DNA of 64,000 nucleotides from Azolla caroliniana. Lineage: Eukaryota > Plantae > Polypodiophyta. The DNA is taken from NCBI GenBank assembly GCA_043228905.1, contig JBHGNT010000004.1:15438001-15502000 (forward strand), read 5' to 3'. The notes beneath the pieces are model-generated. The model worked only from the letters and a program-made list of their open reading frames with translations, had not been told where the DNA came from and searched no databases. Shown piece after piece: positions 11,321 to 24,750 of this stretch; the first letter of the stretch is position 1, and every line of letters starts with the position of its first letter. The translations under genes were made by a program, and so were the position numbers.

Positions 11321-14300
11321 TGTTGAGAGACAAGCTCAACATCGGCCAGATCGGTTGAAGAAGCCGAGGACCGGATCGGTTGGGACCGATCGGTTAGGCC
11401 GAGTGCATAAACCGGGAGGCTGTTAGGAAAGATATTTCGTGAGGAATATATTTGGGAGTTAGTGTAGGAGCTCTTGATGAGCATTGAAGTACTGTTAGTA
11501 CTTCGGTCAGTCCTTCTAGGACTTGTATAAAAGTGCTCACTGAGCACGTCTTATGTACAGATTGAGTATTATTGTTGAATATAGTTTTTTGTGTTTCTCT
11601 CTCTGTCTCTCCCGAGTATACTGCGTAAGCTCAAGCTCTCCATTGAACCTGAGTTTCCTTCCTTCTGTTCGGTCTTCATACTTGCTTCCGCACGTTACTT
11701 TCTACATGGTATCAGAGCACGAGGGTTGAGAACCTCTCTGCAGCTGACACAGCTTGACAAAGAAGAACAAGAAGAACGATGGATAGAGGCATGGCGAGCT
11801 CGCTTCCAACAGAGAAGCTCGACAAAACCAACTACGCGTCTTGGTCCTACAAGATGCACCAATACCTACTCGGGCACGGCTACTGGAGTTATGTCGAAGG
11901 ACCTAATGACGCGGCACCCGAATCGACACACAGAGACTTTCCGTCGTGGGAGCAATCGGCGAGCAGGGTATTATACTGCTTCGCGTCGTGTGTGGGCGAA
12001 CAACTATTGAGCTATGTTCGGGATGCAAAGACATCGAAGGGTGCGTGGGAAAATCTGAAGAAGATCTTCACCGCGAGCACCACAGCCAGGAAGCTTCAGC
12101 TCCGACAGGAGTTGAGCAACCTACGACAACGCGACTTGTCGGTGGCAGACTATACCTCGAAGATCAAGGATATCTGCGACTCCCTCGCCTCCATAGAGGT
12201 GAACATCGAGGAGAGCGAGATGGTCCAGATCTATCTCGGAGGTTTGGCGTCGAAGTTCGGAGCGTTCCGAACGGCTGTGTGTACCCAGAAGAATACGCCG
12301 TCCTTTTTCGACTTACAGTCGATGCTCCTGGTAGAGGAGAACCACGTGGGTGCGTCTACAAGCACGCACACCGACAACAGAATGTTGTACATGGAGGGAG
12401 ATAGGCCCCGTGGACGTGGAGGACGAGGCGAGTCAGCACGCAATGGAGGCGGCCGACGAGATCAAGAAAGAAGGCACCGAAGTGATGCCGACAGCAACTC
12501 TGGACCCTCCTGAAACAGGGGGAGTCGAAGCGATGAGAACCGGCAAGGGAAGTCCATCGCGGAGTGCTAGTACTGTGGCAAGAAAGGCCACAAGGAAAGT
12601 GAGTGCTGGAAGAAGCGCGCCGATTCGGAGAGAACTGGTTCCGGGAACGGCTCCAGACATACCGACAAGGGAAATCGGCAGCGATCGCACTACGTCGAAG
12701 ACTCCGGGAGAGCCGGAGAAGGGACTGCCTTCGTGACGAGACACGAAGCAAACTCAATGAAGCAGACCATCCCGAGATCGGACGAGGTGTGGTACGTAGA
12801 CTCCGGCGCATCAAACCACATGAAGAGCCATAAGGAGTGGTTCTCGTACCTCGAAAAACTGATACAAGCTGGAGTAGTCGCATTAGGAGACGACACTCCG
12901 CATCCGATCGCGAATGTCGGAGAAGTTCCCCTTAGCCATGTCGGGCAGAAAGGGAAACTCATGAACGTGCTGCACGTTCTGACAATCATGAAAAACTTGG
13001 TCTCGGTCGGACAGATCGTCGACCAAGATATGGAGGTTCGGTTTACACACCTCAGGTGCTTCATTGAGGAAGAAGGCCGTGTGATTGCGCAAGGGCGCAG
13101 AGACGGGAGGATGTTCATCCTCGACTCCACTGACGGCGGCACCGCAATGTTCGCGAAGGGACAAAAGACCGAGTCGGACATTGACTTGTGGCACAAGCGG
13201 ATAGGCCACGTCAACCACCAACGGCTTCAAGATCTGCAATCGAAACAGGTAATATTCGGATTGCCCAAATTTAGTGGCCGAAAGGCACAAATTTGTGAAG
13301 CCTGCCAGCTCGGGAAGCAACACCTACTTCCCTTCCCCAACGAGCAAAAACGGAGCCGGAACAAACTCGACCTTATACACTCCGATGTGTGGGGGCCGGC
13401 ACAAAACGTTAGTCTTGGCGGGAGCTGATATTTCGTCTCCTTCATCGACGACCACACGCGGCACACGTGGATCTACCTCATTGAGAGGAAGAGCGAAGTC
13501 TTCGACTGTTTCCGGGACCTCAAAGGGTTCGTGGAAACCGAAATGGGACGAAAGATCAAGTGCCTGCGGTCGGATGGCAGGAAAGAGTACTTTTCTGATC
13601 AATTCAACGGTTACCTACAACAAATGGGAATTCGCCGTGAATTCAGTTGTAGATACACGCCGGAGCAGAACGGCGTGGCCGAGAGAAAGAATCGGTCGAT
13701 TGTGGAAGCGGCACAGGCAATGCTGGAGGAGAAGAGCTTGCCCAAGTTCTACTGGGCCGAGGCGGTAAGGACCGCGGTATACATCCAAAACCGGATCGAA
13801 GACAAAGTGTCGGCGCACGAGCTATATTTCGGAACGAAGCCGAACTTGCAACACTTGAGGGTGTTCGGTAGCATTGCGTATGTGCATGTACCGAAGGAGA
13901 AAAGGTGGAAGCTGGACGCAAAGGCCGAGAAGTGCATCTTGGTCGGTTACTCGGACGAGCAGAAGGGTTAAAAGTGCTATAACCCTTGCACCAAACAAGT
14001 GCGTGTCAGCCGCGACGTTGTGTTTGACGAGTCCGCGTCCTGGTACGTGCCCCGACTCGGAACCCTGCCCCCAATTCGAGCTCTAACGATGAGGTCAGCG
14101 AGGCCGAGATGCCTCCGAATGAGCCCGAAATCGAGACCTGCGAAGAGAGTCCGATTTCACTCTGGTTAAGTGGACCGATTGGGCGACTGGGTCTGTACGA
14201 CCAGTCCGATGAAGAGCCGGCGAGTAGTGGAGACTCAGTCGTGCATTCCCCGCGCAGGAAGCCGAGGAGACGGCTTACGCGCAAAGAAAAAGGGAAGAAG

Positions 14301-16978
14301 AAGGTGTCGGATTCCGGCACGGATAGGAACGAGTCAGACCGACGCGAGTCCGACTCCGAGGGAACCGGTGATGGGTCTTTAAAGGTGAAGACTGCGTCGA
14401 CCGAGAAGGCCTCGACATCGGCTAATGTGAGATTACGCCGATCTACCCGCCAGAAGAACCCAGTTGTGCGGTTCGGATACAACGAGTACATGGCGCATCA
14501 TTATGCGTACATGACCCGTGTAGCGGAAGTGCGTGACCCAGAGAGCTACGCAGAAGCGGCTAAAGACGCGAATTGGCATGCCGCGATGGAGGAAGAGATG
14601 CACGCATTGGTGGAGAACGAGACCTGGGACCTGGTTGACGCACCGAAGGGGGTAAAACCGATCGGGTGTAGGTGGGTGTACAAGGTCAAGTACAACACCG
14701 ATGGCTCGGTCAACCGGTACAAGGCTCGGCTAGTGGCAAAGGGCTACGTGCAGAAACACGGCATCGACTACGATGAGACATTTGCGCCGGTCGCGAAAAT
14801 GACGACCGTTCGTGTTTTGCTCACAGTAGTCGTGGCCAAGGGGTGGCACCTACATCAAATGGATGTAAAGAATGCATTCCTGCAAGGTGACCTTGAGGAA
14901 CAAGTGTACATGGTACAACCCCCCGGATTTCACTCCGGAACGAACTCCTCGACAGTATGCCGACTGAAGAAGTCCCTTTACGAACTGAAGCAAGCCCCGC
15001 GTGCCTGGAACGCGAAGATCACGCAACAACTGCGTCGGATGGGTTTCGTCACGTCAAAATCGGACTCTTCCCTATTCATCCGGAAAGGTCGACTCGGCCC
15101 GGTTAGTATTCTACTATATGTTGATGACTTGGTCATCACCGGCGCCGACCTAGGTGAAATCGACCACGTGAAGCTCCAGCTTGCGGCATTGTTCGACATG
15201 AAGGATCTAGGAAACCTTCATTACTTCCTCGGGATCGAAGTGATCCGTACCCCCGAAGGCATATTGATCAGCCAACGTCATTACGTGCTGAGTATGCTCT
15301 TCAAATTCGGGATGGCCGATTGTAAGTCCATCTCGACTCCTCTGGACAGAACCGTCAAGCTTCGTCCCGATACGGGAAAGGTATGCGACCCGACGAGGTT
15401 CCAACAAATTGTCGAAAGCCTTATATACTTGACCATCACCCGACCCGACCTCAGTTATCCGGTCGGGGTGATCAGTCAGTTCATGGCGCGACCTACCGAG
15501 GAGCACCTTCAATGTGCGCAACGTATACTTTGGTATGTCAACGACATTACGGACCGGGAACTGCTATATCGGACCGGTGCAGCCACGCGGTTAGTCGGCT
15601 ACACCGATGCTGATTGGGCTGGCAACGCCGCCGATCGTCGATCCACGTCTGGATACGCGTTCTCACTCGGGAGTGTTGCGATCGCGTGGAGCAGTAAGAA
15701 GCAACCGACAGTTGCACTGTCGAGCACCGAAGTCGATTACCGAGGAGCGGCTGTCGCGACATGCGAAGCCATATGGTTGAAGCGGCTACTTAAGGACCTG
15801 CGAGAGGAGGTGTCCGATCCAACGACGATCTACTGCGACAACCTCAGCAGCATCCAACTCGCGAAGAACCCCGTCTTCCACGCACGGACCAAGCACATTG
15901 AGGTGCACTACCATTTCGTCCGTGAGCGTGTCCTTTCCAGTGAAGTCGAACTTCAGTACGTTCCGACGGATCGGCAGATTGCCGACATCTTTGCCAAGCC
16001 TCTTGGTCTGGACAAGTTGCAGCAATTCTCAGGTGCGCTCGGATTGCGTCACCTCGACGTGCCAAACTTGAGGGGGAGAACAGTCCCAAACGACCAAGCA
16101 AAGCAGCAGGAAAGGAGCGGAGACCGCGACACCGAGTCGATTGTCGAGTTCGACTTCGGATTGGCTAAAGAAGCCGAGGGCGGACCTGCCGAAAAGTTCA
16201 AAAGCGGACAGAAGGGGAGCAACCGAAGGAGAGAGCCGAAGCCAACCACGCATGAGGAGGATGACGCCATCGAGGGCGAGAAGACCGAAGACGAGTTGGA
16301 GACAGCCAACTCGGACGAGAGCGAAGACCGATCGGAGGTAGCCGAGTCGGTTCGGATGTTTGATTCAGACACGCTGAATCAACTGAGGCCCAAGCAGAAG
16401 AAAAGGCAGTAGAAGAAGCGTCAACACCGCAACAACAGAAGAGCTGATGAGGGCCACATGAGTAGACAAGCCGACCGGAAGGGTCAAAGCGCGCGGAGTC
16501 GAATAGGTCGAGGAGCGCGAGCGAGGCGAGAAGCCAGGAGGAACCGGTGCTGTGAAGATCCCGAAGAGCCTCAAGTTGAGCTTGAGGGGGAGTGTTGACA
16601 GACAAGCTCAACATCGGTCGGATCGACTGAAGAAGCCGAGGACCGGATCGGTTGGGACCGATCGGTTAGGCCGAGTGCATAAACCAGGAGGCCGTTAGGA
16701 AAGATATTCCATGAGGAATATATTTGGGAGTTAGTGTAGGAGCTCTTGATGAGCATTGAAGTACTGTCAGTACTTCAGTCAGTCCTTCTAGGACTTGTAT
16801 AAAAGTGCTCACTGAGCACGTCTTATGTACAGATTGAGTATTATTGTTGAATATAGTTTTTTGTGTTTCTCTCTCTGTCTCTCCCGAGTATACTGCGTAA
16901 GCTCAAGCTCTCCATTGAACCTGAGTTTCCTTCCTTCTGTTCGGTCTTCATACTTGCTTCCGCACGTTACTTTCTACA
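11321..16978 (+). mobile_element. Full-length Ty1/copia LTR retrotransposon (family 1)
   Basis: 386-bp LTRs at 11321-11706 and 16593-16978 (about 11 differences); CATTT TSD; tRNA-Met PBS 11707-11718; PPT 16581-16592. Confidence 0.97.
11779..16412 (+). pseudogene. Copia gag-PR-INT-RT-RH polyprotein, disrupted
   Basis: Gag 11779-12513; WYVDSGAS protease; HHCC plus integrase core; RT YVDD and RNase H in 14109-16412; in-frame stops at ~12511, ~12568, ~13426, ~13969 and a frameshift near 14050. Confidence 0.93.
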
Positions 16979-17071
16979 CATTTAAACGTTAAATATGGGT
17001 ACGTAAACAACCATGGTCACAATGAGCAGAGTCAAGCAGAGAACGTGGGGAAACAACGAGCAAAAGGTGGA

Positions 17072-17074
<3 letters not shown>

Positions 17075-17149
<75 letters not shown>
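17075..17149. repeat. (AG)n microsatellite
   Basis: Directly visible. Confidence 0.97.
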
Positions 17150-17152
<3 letters not shown>

Positions 17153-17251
17153 GCAAGAAGTGTTGGGAATCAACGAGCAGAAGGTGGAAGGAAAGAGAGA
17201 GAGAGAGATTGTGTGAATTAAGAGATATATAAGAAGTATATAATAGAGAGG

Positions 17252-17322
17252 TGAGGAAGTTGGGTTTCGAACCTAGAACGTAGTGCTTGTAGTACTAAAA
17301 ACTTACCACTAGGGTAAGGTAA
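17252..17322 (-). other. Degenerate tRNA-like cassette (A-box/B-box)
   Basis: Minus strand reads CCCTAGTGGTAAG...TAGTACTACAAGCACTA...GGTTCGAAACC. Confidence 0.55.
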
Positions 17323-17869
17323 TTACGATAAAAAAAAGAGAGAGAGATTGAGTGAGAGAGACTGATTGACTAACTGAATAATTGACTGACAACTCGAGAT
17401 CTTATACAATTAGGTACTCCATACAACATTACCTAGGATTGTGAATTGACAACCTCAAATGAAATTGATTACACGAGGGACACTTAGACACAGACATAAC
17501 AGTGGAAGGATGTGCAATGTTTATTGTTATTTGAAATCCAAAATTCATTGAATGTGACTTTTAATTTTATAACAAGTGATGATCAACTGTTTAGACCCAT
17601 ATTGTATTATTGTCAAATTTTTATGTTTTTTCTCCTCATCAAATTAGTACTAGATTTTTGGCCAAAAGTTGGTACACAGTAGCTTGCTTTCACCCGCATC
17701 CTGTAATAGAACTGTTTGTTGATTGCTTACTCTGTCTCTCTCTCTCTCTCTCTCCCCCTTTTTGTGTACTCTGTGTTTTGTGTTAACAATCAGTTCATCT
17801 TTAGGATAACCGACTGACAATCGGTTCACAAGGTTCCGCATGTAAATCTTTTCAATCCTCTTCCGGCTC

Positions 17870-18190
17870 AATATTGCCAACTATGGAGGTGACTATCAAC
17901 AAGACAACAAACGTCGACAACGACCATGGCCAGATTTTCAAGTCCCCATGCATCCAAGAACCAACGTGAGACCCAAGGGACAGAAGGTGTCGAGGAGGAG
18001 CCAAAAGTCGAAACGAATACATGCGATGAAGAGAGAAGCATAATCAAAGCTTGCTAGATCAAGAGGGTCAATGGGTACGAGGTCCATGAGATTGAAGAGA
18101 TAGCCACGAAAAATGACATCGAGTCAGAGGTGGCTATTGAAGAATTAATGGCAGATGGCCGTGTCGAGGATTCCTTCACACAAGTTCCAG
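17870..18190 (+). mobile_element. Fragment of the gag-only gypsy-derived family
   Basis: Translates EVHEIEEIATKNDIESEVAIEE, similar to KVNVIEVVATRNDIESQMVMEE in ORF 21090-21653. Confidence 0.5.
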
Positions 18191-20030
18191 TGTCGTGAAG
18201 ATTTTCGGCAATGGTGTGAAAATTGCAAGGAATGTCCAAAATCGAGTGTGGTTCTTCACACAAGACATGAAACAATGATAGTGAAGATACTATTTTAGAT
18301 TAGCTTAATATCTTGGTACGGGAAGATGGAGGTCTTCAAGAGCTTCCGAATGTACTTTACTACATGTGAAATGGACAACTTAGTGTCAAGTTATGTGAAT
18401 GTGAAGTTTGAGAAGAAGAAGAGAAAAACAAAATTGTGAGATGTCCCACTAGATAGGACAACATCAGGATGTAAGAATATATAAGTAGAGCCATATATTT
18501 TATAATTCATCTAAGTGCTAGGAGCACAGAAGGGTTGGGTTGTATAACTTGGACGAATGGATGTGGCCAAGTTATTCAAATAGTCTCGGTTTTGGACGGA
18601 GCCGGAACCGGACGGACGGACGGCAACAGAGCCAGAACCGACACCGGCACCGGACGGCAACGGAACCGGAACCGGAACCGGATAGACCGGATCATCGAGT
18701 CGGATGCGGACCGGATAGACGAATCGATCGGATAAGTTGATCGCAAAGATTTCGGTGTGAAACGAACAAAATATCTAGACTAAAAAACCTAGTAAAAGTT
18801 TGTATATAAAGGGATGCAAGCAAAGCTTGAACCTTGCACCTCCAAGATAGGAGGCAATAGACTTACCACTAGGCTTAGTCATTTCCTTACAAATGTTTTT
18901 TCTATCATTATACTTTTACATGTAAATTCTCATATTAGAGCTTGATTGAGTGACATGGTTATCATGCATCACATGTAATACATGAGCGCCAAATGGCAAA
19001 CATGCATCACATGCATTCCATGCATTGTATGCATGTCTTGTACCCTCACATGCATCATATGCATGGGGGCATCTATAAAAGAGTGCATGAAGAAGAAAAA
19101 CGGGAGCGATGTATTAATCAAGAAATTAAAAGTAAGAAATTCGTTATCCAATTGATGTATCAATCTTGTTCTTCAAATCTAAAGTCAAGAGTTCAATCTT
19201 AATCTCTCTCAATCCAAAGTCAAGCGTTCTATCTTATCTCAATCTCTCTCTCTCTTTCAATCTATCTTAATTCCTTTCTCGCTAAAGCTATTGCAAACTT
19301 CGAGTCCTTCCGGTCCAGAACCCCAGCGGTTCCACCTCACGATCCGCACGTAGTGACGGATCTTCATGACATAATTAAGTGGTGAACCCGACGTGAAAGA
19401 GGCGGCAGGAAGGATCAAATCGAGGATCAACCGATACTTGGAGATGGCATTCTCAAGCAATCAAGCGAGAGAGTTCGAAAGGATGATGTTGATCGTCAAA
19501 CAAATGATGAGATCTCGAAACAACGATGCAAGCGTGGAGAAGGTTGTCGACTGTGTCGTTGAGCTCAAGGGTCAATTTGAAGGAAGGAAAATTACGAAGT
19601 TCCTTGATGCATACAAAAGGGAGATGAATCAGAGGGACGTGTCTCAAGCACGTCAAATCACAAGTTTCAAGAGAGTGGTCGCCAACAACATCCAAAGGTG
19701 CATCATCGAGCTTCAAGAAAGGAAGACAACGTGGCCGGAATTCGAGAAAGAGATATTAGCGGAGTTCGCAATGGAAGATTTGTCGAGGATGACTCGACAT
19801 GTCTTGATGAAGTGGATAGAGAAGAAGAATAAGAAGATGAGCGCTTCGAGGGTGTACGACAAGTTCGACCAGATGTATAGTCGACTCCCTGCCATAGACC
19901 AAGTGCTACTTCAGGAGGACAAAACTTTGTACTTCCTAAAGGCTGTGGATATGAAGGATAGACGAGAACTGGGTACTCTCCTTGAAGATGATACCCAAGT
20001 GAACGGGCTTGTGGCGGACTGGGTTGCAAA
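18191..20030 (+). mobile_element. 5'-half of a tRNA-Trp-primed Ty3/gypsy element (LTR, PBS, truncated gag)
   Basis: LTR TGTCGTGAAG at 18191 to TTCATGACA at 19371; PBS TGGTGAACCCGACGTGAA 19380-19397; gag ORF 19393-20058 closely matches 59259-61288. Confidence 0.9.
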
Positions 20031-22330
20031 GATGCGCGTGCGTGCGTGCTTCGTTTGAGCGGGACCACCGGGATCTCGGACCGGGGAGGACGTTCGCGAA
20101 ATTGTCGAAAAGATGACGATATGTATGTAGGAATCAAGGAAACTAATGTCACACTTGAGAAGATCAAAGATTTTACACTTGAGAAGAAGATAGATTTCAA
20201 GAAGATTATATTGATGGTGATGATAATGATATCACATATTGAGCCCCCCCTTTACACAAGCCTTACGAGGGTTTTTATAGGTCTATCCATGCACAAAACC
20301 ATGGGCTTGGAACATGGTTTTGTGCACACGGTTTTGTACAGTTGTTTTCCTATGCCTTTTGAATATGAAAAGAAATTTACATAACATTTACAGTACTTGG
20401 TAGTTTCCCTAATGGTAAGATAAATGTCTTCTAACTCGGAGGTGCAATGTTCAAATCTTGCTTGGACCCCTCTATATGCACTCGAATGCCACTAGGCCCT
20501 AGGATAATTTTCATATTTATAATCGTTTGTGTAATGTGCATTGAACTACACTATTTCACAATTTCTCCCAACTGCACATCCTCCGGCATGTGCCAAGAAG
20601 AAAAGAGTGATGTGGTGGACTCAAAGGTGGTTGGTCTTTGATTTCTTTCTTTCTTACGCATGGCCTACGTCGGCCTTTGTCCTCCATTTTGAGCACTTGC
20701 ATTCCTTCCACCCGAACCATCGTCGCCACCCAATCAACCATATCATTCGCTCGCCCTTCGCATTGCCATGACCACTTGGCATAGCCCCTTTTGCTCCTCC
20801 TGAGCGTAACCCTTCATGCATCGTACATGTGCCGCCTTCATCCCGACCATCTCCTTGGGCATCAAACTTCCTCCGATCGGCCTTTCTTGTCTCATGCTTG
20901 CCTTTCCTCATGCTCACTAGCCTCGACCGGGTGTCACGGCTCGTCTGCTTCAACCTACGGTTAGGTCGGCTGAACTTCTCGCTTGGTCAGCCTTCGTCCG
21001 GATTGGCATTCGGCCAAATCGGACTCAGATCAACGGCTTCCATCCGGGTCGGTTTCCGTCCAGGTCTCGGTTGGGTCAGGCCCAGTTGATCAGTTCCCGT
21101 TCGGGTCGGCTTCCATCATGGACTCTTCCATAACCATCTGCGACTCGATGTCGTTCCTCGTGGCTACCACCTCAATCACGTTGACCTTGCACTCTTTACA
21201 TCCCTTGATCACGCAAGCTTTCGTCATGCTTTCACCTTCATCACTTGATATTTCAGACACAACATGTGTTCTGCAATGCTCGTCCACTCTTAAAGCAGCA
21301 TTTCCCGCTCTCGAGTCTTCGGCCTTTGTCATGACCGTTGTTCCTCCATAAGTTGAGATGGTGGCTTGTTTCACACCTTCTCCCGTGGTACTATTGTACC
21401 AAACCTGGGCCTTCGTATTGGCCGCATCATTAGTCTGCATTTGTCGGGAGGTCTTCTCTTCGTCGATCACCAATTGCCTCGGTTTTGGCTCCATTCTAAG
21501 CTTCTCTTTGGCCTTGACTTGCACCTTTAAACTCTCATATGCCTCCTTTACGAAGGGTTCTATGTCGAGTACTGGCCTATCGTCCCACTTCGAGCTCTCT
21601 TCCTGTAGTGGTGGCGCATTGTTGCATGTCGTTCCTCTTCGATCTTCCCTCATGGGTCATGACAATGTCGACAAGATTCCCATCTTCCTCTTGTCATGTC
21701 TCCGGCATACTCTTTCAAATTCGGCCCAATTCTCGGTGAGTCCATTTGCTCCATTATCTTCTTCAAGTTGGATTCCAAGTGCCTTCCTTTCCTTTGGATC
21801 AACCGACTTTACGAACATAAGGACTTTACTCGCCCCCACCAATCCTTGATCCCTCTCCGAGAGTTGAGCAAAGCGACACTCAAACTCAACAAATGCATGC
21901 ATAGCACTCTGGTGGGTCTTCGTTTATGACACCCATTGGTCAAACTTGTATAGACCTCGTCCCTTTAGCTCTTCATAACCATATGCCTCTCGTAAAGCTT
22001 CCTCAAAGGACACCCATGAATCGTGAAGTTTTTGAAGCTCTTTCATCTCTTTGTAGATTGGTTTGGCCACCACTCGACAAAAGTACTCTAGCCTCATTGC
22101 TTCGTTCACACCTCTTGATTCCATCTCGGCATTGAACACCTTTAGAAAATTTTGTAGTTCGCCCCCGTTGAAACATCCAACTCGCTCGACCATGATTTCG
22201 ACAGCTTGTTGGGTTGCACCTCGTCTTTTCCCTTCCCTCGAAAATTCCATCATCATCTTTGACATTTCCTTCATGAGATATTCCTCGTTCATCTTCATCC
22301 ACCCCCAATAGAGAATGATTCTCATCGTAT
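20030..22330 (-). mobile_element. Gag-only non-autonomous gypsy derivative with a partial 3' LTR (~20030-20560)
   Basis: Gag-like ORFs 21924-22325, 21657-21902 and 21090-21653; no pol; family 3' hairpin at 20574-20593; tRNA-like cassette in the putative LTR. Confidence 0.7.
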
Positions 22331-22334
22331 ACAG

Positions 22335-24252
22335 CTAACGACTACGGCTACATGAAGATGGGGAATGACGAGGCATGAAGGATTGTGGGATCAGCGATGA
22401 TGTTTGCTGACATCAACAGGTTGTAGAATGGTACTCAACGATGTACACCACTGAATCTAATATCAGCCGGATGACTCGACGATGAAGGCTATTGTGGTAG
22501 CTTTTGAAATGGAAGTTGGAAATTCTATAGAGGGAACCTGATCGTGGCTCGGCCCAAGAAGCAAAATACATTGTATGTAATGCATGCACGATTGTGCCGA
22601 AGCGAGGTAAACGTGGCAGTCGACACAGCCGGTGAGCTATGGCATAAGAGGTTATGCCACATGAGTCAAAAGAGTATGCAAATGCTAGCTGAAAAAGAAC
22701 TCCTATCGGAGGTGAAGAATGTGCACCTGGATAAAGGTGCCAATTGCGTGGCCGGAAAATAGAACATGGCTACCTTTCGCCCTAGGCCTCTGATGAGGAG
22801 GAAGAACGACCTGGTACTTGTGCATATGGATGTGTGCCAAGTTGATGCAAAGTCACATGCCGGTGCACAATACTTTGTGACCTTCATAGATGACTATAAC
22901 CAAAAGTTGTGGGTTTCTGCGGTGAAGAAAAAGAACCAAGTGATGTCCGTCTTCAAAGAGTTCCAAACGAGAGCCAAAAGGGAATCCAAACAAAAGCTGA
23001 AAGTAGTCCGGACTGATAATGGAGGCGAATACAGAGGGTAGTTCGAAGAGTACTGCAGATCATAGGGTATCCACCTGGAATATATAGTGTTGAAGACGCC
23101 AAAGCTAAACGGGCTAGCCGAAAGAATGAACCGGACTATTATGGAAAGAGTTTGAAGTATGTTGGCACATGCAAAGCTGCCAAAGATATACTAGGCCGCG
23201 GAGTTGATGACAGTCATTTACATTATAAACAGGTCTCCCTCAGTGCCACTGGAAGGTGACATACCACAAAGGATGAGCCGCCGAATCGAACAGAAGTCGA
23301 TCCGACCAAAGTCGGATACGAACCAATCAGCTGAGTAGATAATCGGCATAGTCGAGAGACAACTGAGGAACAAGGGGAACCAGTCGAAAGAAGACAGTTA
23401 GCCGAACAAGGATCCGAATCTAATTCAAATGAAGAACAAACAGAAGAGGTCGAACAGGAACCGACTACTACAAATGAATATAGAAGATACCCTCTGAGAG
23501 AGAGAAGCCCCCCCCCCCCCCCCCCCCGGAGATTTCTGAATAGAGAATACGTATTGTTAACTGATGAGGGGGAGCCGAAATACTTCGAGGAAGCAAAGAG
23601 GGATACCCACAGTTGGAAATGGTTGAGTGCCATGCAAGACAAGATGGATTCCTTGCATGAGAACCACATGTATGAACTAACTGAGCTACCGAAAGGAAAG
23701 AAGGCACTCCGGAACAAGTGGGTATACAAATTGAAGCGAGGAGAAAGTGGGAATCCACCCATATACAAAGCTTGAATTGTTGTCAAAGGTTTTTAGCAGA
23801 AGAAGGGTGTGGATTTCGACGGCATATTTGGCCCGGTACTAAAGATGACGTCGATACAGACGGTGTTGAGCATAGTAGCCAACATGGATTTGGAAGTTGA
23901 GCTATTAGATGTTAAGACTGTCTTTCGGCATGGAGATATAGAGGAAGAGATCTACATGCAACAACTAGAAGGATTTGTAGAGAAAGGTAAAGAAAACCTA
24001 GTATACCGACTGAGGAAGAGCTTGTATGGGCTGAAACAAGCGCCCCAACAATGGTATCGGAAATTTGAATCCTTCATGGTGGATCACGGTTTCAACAAGG
24101 CACAACCTGATCATTGTGTCTTTGTCAAGAAATATGATGGAGGAGACTTTCTCATCCTCTTGTTGTATGTTGATGACATGGTAATTGTCGAACAGGACCT
24201 GAAGAAAATCGGAAGCTTGAAAAAGGCTTTGAACAAATCTTTTGCTATGAAG
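22335..24252 (+). mobile_element. Decayed Ty1/copia internal fragment (family 2): INT and RT
   Basis: LWHKRLCH, VRTDNGGEY, NKWVYKLK and LLLYVDDM motifs. Confidence 0.88.
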
Positions 24253-24750
24253 GTATGCCACAACTTGTCAGCTCTGTCAGCTACCACATTTACCTCGTTT
24301 CAGCACAACCATGCATGCATCACATACAATGTATTTTGCTTCCGAGCATGAGCCACAATCAGGTTTCTCCTACAGAATTTCCATGTGCAATTTTGAAATT
24401 TACCACTATAACCTTCATCATCCAGCCATCCGACTGATATTAGATTCAGCTTGATATCCACAACATGGCATACATCTTTTTGGATCATTCTATGGCCTCT
24501 TGAAGTAAGTAAACATACATCTCCAATTCCGACAATCTTGCATGCACCATCATTCCCCATCTTTACACAGTCGTGATCTCCGACCGTTTAGGATGAGAAA
24601 CATTCTCGTTTGGGGTTCAGGTGAAATGATGCACCGGAATCGACCACCCATGACAATTCATTGCTAGCGAGTTTTACTTCATTCTATTCACTAATGAACA
24701 GTTACAACTTGTCCTCACTCGTTGTGAGGGCTGAAGTGCTCTTACTTTCC
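24253..24750 (-). mobile_element. Copia protease/GAG-pre-integrase fragment, inverted relative to its neighbour
   Basis: SWVVDSGASFH on minus near 24620-24652; 24253-24565 is homologous to ~22350-22650. Confidence 0.8.

Noticed and set aside
12505-12520. TGA at the end of copia gag as a readthrough signal
   Set aside because: The sister copy has a sense codon here (PSGNRG), and the stop precedes the zinc knuckle; it is a mutation.
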